From NCBI RefSeq assembly GCF_036321535.1, contig NC_087436.1, positions 96,598,001 through 96,662,000 on the forward strand: 64,000 nt of DNA, given 5' to 3'. Origin of the DNA: Camelus dromedarius. Lineage: Eukaryota. Made by a program: the position numbers and the translations under genes. Below, piece by piece: positions 51,333 through 64,000 of the stretch (the first letter of the stretch is position 1; each line of letters begins with the position of its first letter). The notes below the pieces were generated by a model. It saw nothing but the letters and a program-made list of their open reading frames with translations. It had not been told where the DNA came from and did no database searches.

Positions 51333-52379
51333 GAATGAGGACCAACTTAAGAATGCTTGCTATCAATACACTAATTAGCATTTTTTGGGGAAAAAATTGC
51401 TGTAGGGGTAGAGCTCTTATTACTCAGTCTTGAATGGGCATGCCAACTAAGGCATACCAGTGGTGAAACAGTTATGTCAGATATGTAACTTTGGGTAAGA
51501 AATGAAATTAATATCTGTATTTAGCTGATTTTGAAGATTCTGCCAAGTGGAGCTTTATACATAGAGTGCCTACTGTCTGGGTCATTCTCTTGCTCTGGTC
51601 TTCCCTGGTAACTATAGAAGACAAAGACCACTTCATATCTGTTCATACCTTCTCTTTATTGTATTACCAAATGACAATTAATAGGAATGTGTAAATTAGC
51701 CCTAATGGTTATTGAAACCAGATTTTTACTTGCAAGCAAATGCTTCCTCTGGAAAATATAACTGACTTAGAATAACTTGGCTCTGGTGCTTTTTCCTTCC
51801 CACTTGTGATGCCTTACGGATGACCCTCCTTTATCAGTCATTTCAGCTCTTGAATTCAGGAACTTTTGGTGAAGGGAGAACTCTACATTGCATTTTCATC
51901 TTGCTGCATGTTATGGTACAGATAGTCTTGTTTTATAAATGTTTATCAAAACTGTCAGTTACTAGCGATTGAAATTGGCATTTCTATTCTTTACTTTTCA
52001 GTGACTCACAGAAATGTATCCTTTGACTCATCCAATATACTTAAATCTTTTCACACATAAAAAGAAATGTTCTGGAAATAAAAATGTAGGCTATTTTTGC
52101 TCTTTCCAAAATTAGTCCAAGAAGTAGGTACAATAAAGCCACTCGCATTGTGTCAGTGCTTTCCAGATGGTAAAAGGAAAACACAGTGCCAGGTCCACAC
52201 GCTCTCCTTCCCCTCCCTTTTCTGAATGTATAGTATAATAATGATTATTGGTCTGAAAGTTGAAGATATTTCATTGGCCTTTAAGCTGTGTAGAAAATAA
52301 GAGTTAAATAAAAAACGATATTATTTGAGTCACTTTTTGTTTGGAAAATATCTGGATTTTTCTCCTTCTATAATATCAA

Positions 52380-53200
52380 CTCATCCATATCCATTTACTT
52401 TAATTACTTTCCATAGGGCATCAAATTCTAGATTTTGTTGCCAAATTGCCCTCTTTTTGAGCTTCAGACCAGTATACCTAACTCCCTACCTGCTAGCCAC
52501 ATTTATAATTAGAGTGATTATAATTGGAGTGATCTTGTAAAAGTATAAGTTAAATTATATCACTCTGTTGTTTAAAGTCATCCATCGACTTCCTATTTTA
52601 CCTGTAATTCAGTATCTTGGTGGATTATAAGACTGTGTATCATGTGACACCTGCTTAGCTCTCTGGCTTCAACTTTTATCTCTCTTCTTCCTTCGGGGTA
52701 GAGATGGCGTAGATATTTACCCTTTCTGAACACAAAAGAAAGACTCTATTTCTTATTTACTCTTTTCCCTAAGTTGGGAACAAATAAACAGTTTTTATCA
52801 ATGGAATGTGAATAAGAGGGAGGTACCCCATTTATAACGCCAACATTTCCCATGTGATTCACTCTTTTCCTTGGAAGAGAAGTGTTCTAAAATTGCTGAT
52901 GGAAACAGCCTATGTGCCTGAATCACCACTGGCATTGGACAGCAACAAAAAATACATTTTCATTATGTTAGGTTGTTGTGACTTTGTATTATTTATTAGA
53001 GCATCTGTGTTTTTTTATCCTAGCTGATAAGCTTCCATCATAAGATATTTTTTAAGATTCATTTTCTTGATCATATCTAGCTCTCTCCTGCTTCAGGGCC
53101 TTTGCACATGTTAATCTTACCACTAAGAGTGCTCCTTTATCTACTCTTTGATTAATTCCTGCTCATTTTCCAGCTATCAGCTTAAATCTGAAATCTATAT
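52380..53200 (+). mobile_element. L2 fragment with a nested MLT1 LTR (about 52700-53035)
   Basis: L2 'ctcctgcttcagggcctttgcacatg'; MLT1 'atggaatgtgaataaga...cctgaatcaccact...ttttcattatgttag'. Confidence 0.55.
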
Positions 53201-55299
53201 TGTTTCCCTATTAGACTAAAAATCTATTTTTCTTTCATAAAATTTATATTGTATTTTTTGCATTGAAATAGAAAACTATAAGCTTCATTTTCTTTGGCTT
53301 AGCCCTACTTCATAAAAATTCTGCTAAGGCCAGAGGTTGCAACCTTAAATTAATAGTTATTCATAAAAATATTTGGGGAAAATTTTTGTTGACTCAGCTA
53401 CATTGCGGAGACATGACTCTAAGATAAAGAAGTATTCAGAGATAGATGGTAAAAATAAAGGCTGACATCTCAAAGCCCTTTGACTTAGAGGTTAAAACTC
53501 TTCATCTTTACCCACATTATAGGAAAGAAAGAACTCTTCATATCAAACTTACACCTGTTCTGTATCTTGTAATCATAAATGTGTGCTAGATAGTTTATAA
53601 GAAGTCCATTTGAGACATGTAGATTTAATTAATGTTATTTTCTGTGAAATATCAATACATACCAAATGATTATCTTAGAAAAAAATCAGCATTTAACTAT
53701 CAGCTGCAATTTCACATATATAAGCAACTTTAATTCCTTCATTATGTAGAAAACATACTCTTTTTGTAAGAATAGTTTCAGGATTGATCAGAATAATAAT
53801 ATACCAGGTGAGTCAATACACTTTGTTTTTTAAAAACAACATTAAATACAAGAATTTTTTTCCTGAAAATGGTTACTTTGACCAGGGATTTGTGATGTTC
53901 CAGCAAAAGTTCCTTTCTATGAAATGAGGCTTGTTGAATCTGATTCAATGGGAGTGTGGCAAGTCTTTTCATACTGAGTGGGTTGAGGAGTAAGCCTGTA
54001 ACCAGAATATAAGGTAAAATGTTTAAGCTCTAAGACGTGATCCATAATCTAAGTGTGGTTATCTATCCACTGAAGGGAGTACTGCCCTTTGAGATAAAAT
54101 CCTCAATGAAGATTATGATGTATAAGGAACACGTAGGAATTTGAAAGGAAAACAGCTACATTGAGAGAATTGGCCAATTTCTCTCTTCCACTAAGTAAAA
54201 AAAAAGACAGCACACACACTGAGGGTATTTCTAAGCCATAGGAGCCATTTTCAAGGCAGACACTTATTATTTTCTCAACTAAAAATAGGATTCCCAAGGG
54301 GAAAGCAGTCTCACACTGAGATGATTTCCTAACCAGGGAAGGACACGTGATTAGGATCCTTCTAACTGAAGCCTGTTTGTGCCCTCAGCTGCTTCCTTAC
54401 TTGTGAATATGTGTTTCATCTGAAGAAGTACTGATCCTGGCTCCCTTTTCCTGGAACATCACACATCAGTCTTGAAATTCAGTTAAAGAAGGTATACAGA
54501 AGAGAACTTTTTTTTTTTTTTTTTTTTTTTGGTTAGACTGAAATATTCTAAATATAAGTAGAACTTTACTTGCTTAGAGATACAATCTATTTCCTTGAAC
54601 TTCTTGAGAACAGGAAGATAGCATTTACATTTATATTTTAACCTGGGGGTTGGAGTAGGAGGAGAAGGGCTTACTGGTAAGTAAAGAAGCAAATTCCGAA
54701 AAAGGTACCACCCATTCACTAGCTTCCTTACCTTTTTTTCTTCTCACATTTGTTCCTCTGATGACTTTTTACTATGATCTTAACCACATCCAAACTTTTG
54801 AATAATAAACACAATATTAGTTTGATCTGTGAATCCTCCACAGTAATAAAGACAGGGACTAGAACTGGTACACTCAACACACTTTTTAAAATAAATAAAT
54901 CTGTATACATTTATTATTTACAGTTTTTATTTAAATGGAAAGGATCTAGAAACTGAATTATACAGAATATAGAACATTAGCATCATCCTTTTTGTTCATA
55001 TTTATGAAGACCCAATTTCCAAGTTCTCTTATGTGAAAAATTATTTTCCCTTGTTATGCATCTGTGATCCATTTTATTCTCTGATTTCTGCTTTTTTTAA
55101 AAAATTGTACTTGATTTCTCTTCTAAATTGTACTTTCTCTTTCCAATTTATTTAAACATTTTCAGCTTTTCAGTGACAACAAAAAAAACTTCTCCATCAT
55201 CATGGAGAAATCTTTATCTTGGAAAATGATCTTAACACTTCAACTTGTGATTTTGCCACTCAATTCAGTTTTAGTCTTTATTTTAATCATTGCTGTGAG

Positions 55300-55720
55300 T
55301 GAAAATGTTTAGATATTAAAGGCTTGAAAAGAAATAGCAGTTTCTTTTCATTTTGGTTGGCTGACAGAAGCTGCAACACAAGCTGCCTTTGTTGCAGGTA
55401 ATTTAAATCACAAACACCTACCGTGTTTAAATTTTGTTCCGAATAGCAGTTTGTATTTTGAAACTATTTATGGCATGCAATTTCATTTCTGAGATTACCA
55501 CCATAAATTGATGGACAAAATGTCTGGAGAGGAAGTGTGTTTAACAGGATAAAAGATGAGGGAATGATGAAGCTGGGTGAACTCAGATGGCTAGATTATT
55601 TAGCCTCAAATTAGGTGAGCACCTAAATCACCCAGGTAGTTGTTTACCTTTAACTGTTATGTCCTCAGGGCTCCCAAAATGAGGTGAAATGTTAATTATG
55701 CTGCTGGTGAAGCCACTCAT
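55300..55720. promoter_or_regulatory. Candidate enhancer (HOX/PBX/MEIS/SOX motif cluster)
   Basis: Repeat-free; TGACAG 55362-55367, CTTTGTT 55387-55393, ATTTATGG 55466-55473 and its inverse CCATAAAT 55501-55508. Motif evidence only. Confidence 0.35.
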
Positions 55721-57049
55721 GTTTGATCAAAAATCAACTTGTTCCTACTCTCTTTTTGTGCACTAGAAGCTAAAACAGTTTCTCTCTCCCATTCATTTAT
55801 TTGAAGAGCAGGAGAAAAAAATGTCATCACTCTAGGGTTCATTTTAAATTTTCAAATGCGTTTTCCAGGTTTTTAAGTTGCTATTCTTTTAAAATCTTGG
55901 TCTCTGTTTCCTCAACAATCTCTAGGTCTTTCATATGTTTATTTTAACACAGACACCTAATTTAATGAAATCTTTTATGGGAGGATTAATGTATAGTGTA
56001 AAGATTTTTTTACACTTTTATATTTCTTATATTTGTCACATCTTATCACTTCTTTATTTCCTTATGTTTTCAAAACAAATGTCAAATTATTCACTTAGTA
56101 AAGTTATGAATTTGAAAGTACTGTGGTCCCTTCTCAAGGCAACTGAACATTCTTGAATGTTTATAAAACATCTAGACCTAATAGTTAATAATTTAGGTCA
56201 TTGACTAAAACATTATTTATTTTAACCAGAATGAGATTAAAGTTTCAGCCAGCCCATCTGGAAGAATAATTACCATGGCCAAGACATCAATCCAAGCAAG
56301 TAGCCTACTATAACTAAAATGTGGTCACAGTTCTTCTTAAATTGAATTACTATTGTGCATATACATATAACATATATTTATATAAACATACACAGATGCA
56401 CACATATATGTATGTATACAATACATATATGTATATAAATATTTTAAAGTGTAAGCATCGTCAATAGAATTTTTGCATCCTGCCCATTCCTGGGATCTGT
56501 TCTTAAGCTAGCAATTAATTTTATAACTTAGCTATCAAATGCACTGACATTTGAATAGAGACAATGCCAAACATTGCTCTGAAAAACAGTCATTTTCACC
56601 CCAAATGATGATGAACTGTGTTACTTAATTACTTAAAGAGGAAGTATAGTATTTTGGAATTGAGGGATCTGAGTTTTAATTTTTAGTTTTGAACTGTATT
56701 AATAATGTATGAAATAATACCAAGGCCCACAACTGAGACTCATCCTCAATATTCCACCTGTATGTCCGTAGCTACGTCACTGAACACATCTATGTTTCAG
56801 TATCTCCATTTCTAAAATAAGGAAATTAGAGTTGATGATACAATTTTTTTTCATAAATTTACACCTCATGGCATTCATTAAGTTCAGAAATTTCTGCAAC
56901 TTTGGTCCTTTACTGTGAAATGAAAACCTGCTGTATGTTTGAAAAAAATATGTAAATGAAAATATCTCCAAGATATATTGTTAAATAAAAAAATCAACTG
57001 ATATAACATACGTATCACACTCCATCATAATTTTCATATACTTTATCAA

Positions 57050-57330
57050 ATTTCACGTCCTCAAACTGTCTCCAACTACTCTATATTAAGTACTCCAACC
57101 TCCCCACCCAAATCACTCCCTGCCATAAAACCTTGTCTTCTTTTTCTTCAGAATAAGTACCACACCACTTGATGTTATATTGAATGTTTATTTTATTTGC
57201 TTATTTCTTTATTTCTTCTTTTCATGAAAAGTATTTTCCCATGAAAATTGCAGGAGGCCTAAGTATTTGCCTTATTCACTGGTGAATCCTAGGTTTTAAA
57301 AATAGTGCCTTGCATAAAATAGGTGTCTAT
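57050..57330 (+). mobile_element. L2 3' end
   Basis: 'ttgccttattcactggtgaatcctaggttttaaaaatagtgccttgcataaaataggtgtc'. Confidence 0.7.
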
Positions 57331-57380
57331 TGTGTGTATATATATGTCTTAGAGACATGACAATTTTTAGGAACAATACA

Positions 57381-57887
57381 TGTGAATGAAAAATATTGCC
57401 TGCCATATCAGTAAACAAAGGATGCTACAGCCATCAAGTCATCAGCCACTACCGCTGCTCCTGACTGAGCCAGAGGTAACTCAGGATGCAGACAAGCAGG
57501 TAGCCTGGCTTCTCCTGCCACCCCCAACAGTGCACCCTGAGGTTAACTCAGGATGGGAAAGAACAGGATACTGGCCCTAGATAGCTAGGTACACATCAAA
57601 GGAGTAATTTCTATGAACCCAGACTTTTGCAACCTGTGGTACATAGAAAAGTACTAAATTCCTTAACTTGAGATATCTGGCTTTCTTTAGTTAACAGTAA
57701 TCTTTTAGTTTTCCAACTACCTGGTCTTTGTTGCCAAAACTCCTGCTTATCCTGGCATCTCCCCTATTTCTTCAGAGCAGTCTCTTAGAGCTACCTGAGA
57801 GGCTGTATCCCAGGCTTAAGTCCTCAAAAATGTCCACCAAATAAAACGTAACTCTCAACTTTTAGGTTTTGCAATTTTTACTTGACA
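57381..57887 (+). mobile_element. ERV1 solo LTR (cetartiodactyl-type)
   Basis: TG...CA ends, duplicated 'gaggt(t)aactcaggatg', AATAAA at about 57840 followed by 'ctctcaacttttaggtt'. Confidence 0.8.
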
Positions 57888-58369
57888 GCATAAAACTTGT
57901 TTACCATTTAGATTTTGATAGGAAGGGAAGGGGATTTAATGAAGACATTCCTTTTCATTTTGTACACTTTGTATCATTTGAATGTATCATGGGCTTGCAT
58001 TATATTCCTAATAAAATATCTATGAATGTGGGGCATTAGACACACCACGAAACCCTGAGGCCTAGCAAAAATCTCATGTGATGGTATTTTTAGCTCATGG
58101 ACCTTTTTGAGGACCTCCAGAGTAGAAATCAGATCCTTGATTTCTAAAGCCAAGAATAGGATCTGCTTAAAAAGTAAGTTAAAAATAAATATTAAAATAA
58201 AGTTCTAAATATAAAGTGCTTGTTTCCTCATAGATGTTCCTAGAGATGTTTTGATTCATTCATTTATAACACATTGATAATCTGGATAAATTTTGCCACT
58301 GAGTCTAAAATACAGGTGGTTTTGCTTTTCTTGTATTTTTTTTAATATATTCTCCAGATTTTCTGTAAG

Positions 58370-58895
58370 GATTATTACATAGTTATTTAGGGCTGCAAAG
58401 AATGAAACATACCCCCCTCCAAAAACAAACAAAAAACATAGTGACTTAAATACATTAGAAATTTTTGTTTGTTTGTTTGTTTATGGTCTCATATAATAGT
58501 AATTTGGAGATAGAGAGTATAAAGCTGGTAAAATGGTTTCAGAAAGTCATTAGGGACCCAGGCTACTTCTAACTTGGTTCACAATCCTTTGCAAGGGCTG
58601 CAAAAGCTCCAGTCCTCACATCCACATTAGCAGTGATAAAGTAGAGGGAAAGGTGAAAAGAGCACACTTCCATGCAGAGTCAGCTCCCTCACAGAGTCTT
58701 CCCCAATTTTCCTCCAGCACATGTGCTTCTATCGTTATCATAAGGTCCCGGCAGACCTTAGCCTCATGGCAATGTGTAGCTCCAAGAAAAGCCAAGCAAT
58801 GTATTCCTGTGACTGGTTATCTTAAAGGTCTGAATAGGTCTGATACTATAATAGAAGAGGGGGAAAATAGATGTTGGATAGGCATGAAGTCTCTG
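58370..58895 (-). mobile_element. MaLR MLT1 LTR
   Basis: 'cagtgacttaaa'-like start, 'gtcattagggacccaggctacttct', 'gctccagtcctcacatccaca'. Confidence 0.65.
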
Positions 58896-59521
58896 CCAAA
58901 ATCAGTTATTATCTTGAAATCAGAAATATATAACACATGTGCCTATGCAAATACAATCAAAGCAAAGCAAAACAAACACCCTGATGAAATCCTGCTACTT
59001 TCTGGATGTTTATTTATTTTTTCCTCAAGTGTCCATTCTTAGCCATGCAAATGGGCTTTCCTAAGAGAAAAATACTAGTAAATATTTGGGATGGAGGAAT
59101 CTTGCAGTGATTTCTCTGTTCTTGAGAGCAGTAGAGTTTTTTTTTTTTTCATATCTCTTAGCAATTTAGGAAAAAGAAAAGATGAAGAAGGAAATAATGT
59201 TGCTAAGATAGGTAGGGAACAAGTTATCTCTATGGAGACCCTGGGTGTTTGAAGAACAGGCTGTCTATTTTCTCAGTACTTTGTCATAAAATCACTAAAC
59301 AAAAGAAGCAATGAGTTTAAGGCAGAATCTTGTAGAGGTCTTGGAATGGGGCAAAAGCATAGATGGATTCCTCCAGTGACTCTGAGTTGAAAAGAGCACT
59401 TTATACTTGGTGTTTTTAATTTTCATATGTAACTCAAATATTTCTTGTTGGCAATATTATTTTGGTTTGATTATACCTCTTCATATAAATCATGTGTAGT
59501 ATCCTTTGAGCTAGGGTCTCC

Positions 59522-60305
59522 TTCTGGGAAACAGTTTTGTATTTCTGCATGTCTTAGAAGCAGAGGCATTCACTGCCTTTTTCTCTGAAATACCCTTCAA
59601 GGATGTCTGTCTAGTGAATAGTCCTGGAAGATAGAGATACTGTTTCTCTCTGCAGCAAACTTTAGGTTTGTTTACTGTCCAAAATTGTCTTAGTCCATTG
59701 GGGCTGCCATAAACAAATGAGGTGACTTATACAGACAATTATTTCTCACAATTCTGGAGGCTGGGATGCCAGCATGATCAGGTGAAGGCTCTCTTTCCAG
59801 TTACAGACTTCTCATTGTATCTCACATGATGGAATGGGTGAGGGATCTCTGTGGTGTCTCTTATAAGAACATTAAGCCCTTTCATGAAGGCTCCACTCTC
59901 ATGACCTAAACACCTCCCAAAGGTCTCATCTCCTAATACCATCATATTTGGCATTAGAATTTCAACATATAAATTTTGGAGGGACAAAAACATTCATATT
60001 AAAGCAGGTATAATAAAGACAGTGTCTCCCTCTGGGGAAAAGTTCAGGCAGGTTTACTGCCCGGAAAAGATTCAGGTTTCCTAAGCTTGGGATTCTTCTT
60101 GTGCAGATATTCCCTTGCCCTCTTCCTGTTGCCCTATGGGAATAGTGGCTTGGCAAAGAGGTACATAGCAGTGGCTGTGAATAATGAACTGCCATTGTCT
60201 CTGATTCAGGAATCATGTGTCTTCTGCTGACATCTATAGAACTGTGGCAGGCTAGTGTGTTTGTTAAAGGTGGGCTAAGATCTTATATCATTTAAAGTGC
60301 TTGAA
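59522..60305. mobile_element. ERV1 LTR (+) interrupted by an MLT1A-like MaLR LTR (about 59686-60005, -)
   Basis: 'tttctgcatgtcttagaagcagaggca...ggaagatagagatactg'; MLT1A 'tgtcttagtccattggggctgccataa...tttctcacaattctggaggctggga...atttcaacatataaattttggagggaca'. Confidence 0.75.
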
Positions 60306-63004
60306 AGAGTCTTCACACTAAGATGCACTGAAAAAGAATTTATTAGGTTCACAGTGCTTACAGCTCCTAGATTTCTTTCTGAGGAAATCTTATAATGTTA
60401 CCTCCCTTCCTGATAGGGTTTACTTGAAGCCAGAGTAGATTTATGTATGTAAACAGACATGGATTTGCAGAGATTATGATGTGGCCCAATATGAGAGGCT
60501 TGCTCAATTGTCAGTTCATCTCATCTCATCTTATCTCATCTCATCTAATCCACTCTCTAGGGGCTTGACTGTGAGATACAGAGAGAGTGCCAGTTATTGA
60601 GAGTGGTGCATAAGCCAACTAACTGGTTAAGCATTAGAATGGAGAGACCTAGTCATGCATCCGTAAGAGTCAAGTTCTTCAGCAAGGACATCACAGCTGC
60701 TCTTGGACATCTGGGTAAACTGCTAATTTCTGAGTGGTAATATACACTTCCAGGCAGTGTGATTTTCCTTGCTTTTCTATGTTTACTTATCATGTGCCTC
60801 CCTGACTTAAAGTAACCAGAATGTGACTCTGCTTCTTTTAACTGGAAAGAGATGAGCTAACAAAGGGTACAAAGATGATAACCTCCCCAGGTGAAACCTG
60901 GACTCTTAGGATAAGGATTTATCTGACACATGGTTTAACTAGGTCCTAGTATTTTTCCTGGATGAAAGGATTTAGAAATCCTGATCCAACAATCAGGTAT
61001 TAAATCCACTAGCAACAGATGCTGCTAAAAATGATTTAAACAGCTTATTTGTGTTGGTACAACATTAGGATCATTTCAGAATAACTGATTATAATGTGCT
61101 ATGGATTTTCTACCTGTTGTGTTGCAACACCTGTTTTGAGAGTTAAAAGTGATGTCCCTGAAGATTGATTAGTCCGGTAAAATGGAACAGCCTTAAAAGA
61201 GGGGTTTAAGGAGCAAAATGTTCATTATTTTATACAACTGAATTTTTCAGGTGCAACTTATGCAGATTAGAAAAAAGAGTCAAAATATGTGGATTTTAGC
61301 ATTAGATCCTATTTTGGTCATCTAGATTTTACTGGAAAATATTCAGATAAAATTTTAGTACACAGTAATAAATGATAGTCTACACTGGGAAAAATATCCC
61401 ACAGCCTCGGATTCTCTGTACTAAAGTGAACAATGTGTTTGAGCACCCAGGGAAGAAAGCTTGCTTAGCTTTTCTCAACAAATATTAATTCAAAATTTAA
61501 ACCATCTTAGTATATCTAATTGTACTCAGTTGGCCATGTGCAAGACAATTTATCTGAAGGGAAAAAAACAACCGTACTGTCTCACTGTCTAGCACAAAAT
61601 GAATATATGATGCAGATGAGTAGAATAAGATTGCCAGGTCTGGTAATTGTCACTAAAATATTAATAAGTAATTGTGGAATGCTTACTCTGCAAGGAGATT
61701 TAGAACTCTCTCTCACTGTCAGTCTCCTGTATGTGTGTATATGACTGTGTGTGAGTTACCATATTTACCCTGGATCCTGCCTTTGTGTTTGATAATCACA
61801 TAGATCCCTTGTATTGAAACAAACCATTTTTTTCCTAAAGAGTGTTCTGTGAAATGCTAATTATACTAAATGGAAAATTTAACATAAAAATTTAATATGG
61901 AAAATTTAACATGGAAAAAATGTTTGGGACATTTTAAAACTTGAAGTTATATAATCTGCTCTCAGATTCACACTGCTAATGACCCTAATTTAAGTTTCTG
62001 AGAATTCCTATACCATGAAAACCTGTGTATTTTTCAACTCAGTATTCTGAATCTTACGCAGCAAGAAAATAAATTTCTCAATAATCTTTATTAACAACAT
62101 ACAGAACTAGTGTTTTCTGCAGCTGCTGCTTGCAAATTGAACACTGTACATCAGGTTATCTTCACTGTATCTCAGATCTTCCCAATTCAAAACAATTTCT
62201 GACAGACAAAGACACTTTTTGGTAAATATTCAGAAATTCAGAGACTCTTCTGGCCTCCATATCCAATCCTATACATACCTGGAATCAAGAAGGAACTTAA
62301 CTGGTGTCCATGATACCAAGGGGTAGGGATTGTGACCTTGGACCCATAAGTGGTCTTAAGCAGTGGACTTGACTTTTCCTTTAGAGTCTGTCCACTGATT
62401 TGTTTGCTAGAATTCACCACTGTCATCTGTGCTGGTGTACCCATGGTCCATCCTACTGGTGTGGTCAAAATCCTTGATGCCTGGACCTCACTTTGATTTG
62501 CACTGACACTGCAGATCTTTGAGTCTCAGCCAGCATTTGGTCTCTCAGTCTTGTAGCCACATTGCCTTGTGTCAGAGAAGTCCTATGGCTTTCTTTTCAA
62601 CTCCTCTTAACTCAGCTGTCTTTCTCTTCCCCTCTAACACATGCAGGGACTTCTGCACTGATTTGACGCCACAGAGAAGTATAACTCAAGCCATCTCTGT
62701 GCCTAAATGTCAGTGACACCATTTACATATCACTGTGGCTGCCCATGAAGGCACAGGGGCACTTTTTCTTCCCCTGGTGGAAAAGGTGGTCTCCTTCCAG
62801 ATTTCCAAACATGAAGCCAGGTATATGACTCCCTCTTTAGGCAGCTTCTCCTTAATCTCTCTGAGACTTCCATTGTATGACCTTTTCTTCTCCTTTCCTA
62901 CCTTTTGACCTACAGTTTGACCCTGTGAAGATGAAGTTGTTGAAAGTGAGAAAAAGTATGTCAGAACTCTGTGCAGAACAGCAGAAGTAGAAGAGTGTAG
63001 CATC

Positions 63005-63230
63005 AAAACATCAGCTCTTGACCTGGAATTCCTGAGTTTGAACTCACCTTCTGCCATTTATAGCTGTGTAAACTTGAGCAAGTTACTTAAATCCTCTCCC
63101 TTAGTTTCCACAGTTCCATAACTGTAGACTGAAGATAATATCAGAAAGTTATTATAAAGATTTAAATGAGACAGTATGTATTAAGTTCTTGAAAAGTACA
63201 TGGAACATGGAGCTGCTAATTATAGTTGTC
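63005..63230 (+). mobile_element. MIR SINE
   Basis: 'cctgagtttgaactcaccttctgccatttatagctgtgtaaacttgagcaagttacttaa...cttagtttcc'. Confidence 0.8.
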
Positions 63231-64000
63231 TACTGGCATTATTTCTTTCCCTCTTTCTGCCCAAAGCCTTCTGTCTGTTCAGGGATACAACTTCACAATT
63301 TTTGAAATTCTCTCTAACCACTTTTTTAAAAACTTCTACAACAAGTTGGCCTAGTCTAACAATCAATGGCTTTATTGTTCTACCTATTCTCTCTCCTCCT
63401 GAAACCTTGAAAACCACTGATTTAACACATTAAAAGCTAATGACATCACAATTTAAGTGAAATGGAAAAATCCATGGATTTTCAAAGATGTGTCTATTAT
63501 ATTGAAACACATATTGGAAAATGCTGAGTTAAACTAACATTAGAATATTAGGTAGAAAAATTAACTCTTCTTTGTCTTTTTTCTGTCTCAGTCTTTTGAG
63601 AAGGGAATTTCTCAAAAGTTCCTTCAACTTCTCAAAGAAATCCCTGCCCATCTTCTGACCTACCTTTCTAAAGAAAGAAAAAAGAGTTGTTAGTCTGGTC
63701 ACTGGACCTAATTATATCAGTGGGCTGGGCTTCCATGCCTTTAATGCAGGAATCAATTTCAAGCACAGTCTGGGCATAAAGCCTCCTAGAAGCTGGCTCC
63801 ATCATACCTGAGTGCTCTGGTTCAGCTTCTCTAACTGTGGTTAGTGAGTAAGGCAGTCCTGCTGTGGCTATGTCAACTGCTCAGGATGTGGATTCACAGT
63901 CAGCTCTACCAACATAACCTTCCATGTTCGAATAAGTAGAGAATAGGTTCTTGGCTTAGAAGAACCTATTAAGTGCAAGGATCGATCATCAGCCGGCCCT

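Noticed and set aside
53782..53807. 26-nt plus-strand micro-exon (tttcag| ... CAG|GTGAGT)
   Set aside because: The polypyrimidine tract is weak, with upstream AGs, and there is no supporting frame or neighbouring exon.
63942..63970. Perfect 11-bp hairpin AATAGGTTCTT-ggcttag-AAGAACCTATT
   Set aside because: One AT-rich stem of this length is plausible by chance in 64 kb, and it is too short for a pre-miRNA.

Overview
AT-rich mammalian genomic DNA with no host protein-coding exon that I can support. One tRNA-Ala-derived SINE resembles camelid Vic-1, and the young L1s look cetartiodactyl, so a camelid is likely (inference). The window is mostly transposon remains (L1, L2, CR1/L3, MIR, MaLR/ERVL/ERV1 LTRs, hAT MITEs) between unique stretches, some enhancer-like. 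Main points: (1) A three-layer nest at 0.2-6.8 kb. An old L1MC-like element holds a SINE-head/L1-tail chimera. The chimera holds a 3.1-kb, TSD-flanked L1 with a full 5'UTR and near-intact ORF1 but almost no ORF2 (HAL1-like). (2) An isolated old L1 5'UTR at 23.3-24.75 kb that stays CpG-rich, carries YY1/ETS motifs and has splice donors on both strands: a candidate exapted bidirectional promoter. (3) Footprints of retrotransposition and repair: a twin-priming inversion, a possible 3' transduction and a templated insertion. Repeat subfamily names come from memory of consensus sequences, not a search. Boundaries of old repeats are approximate.
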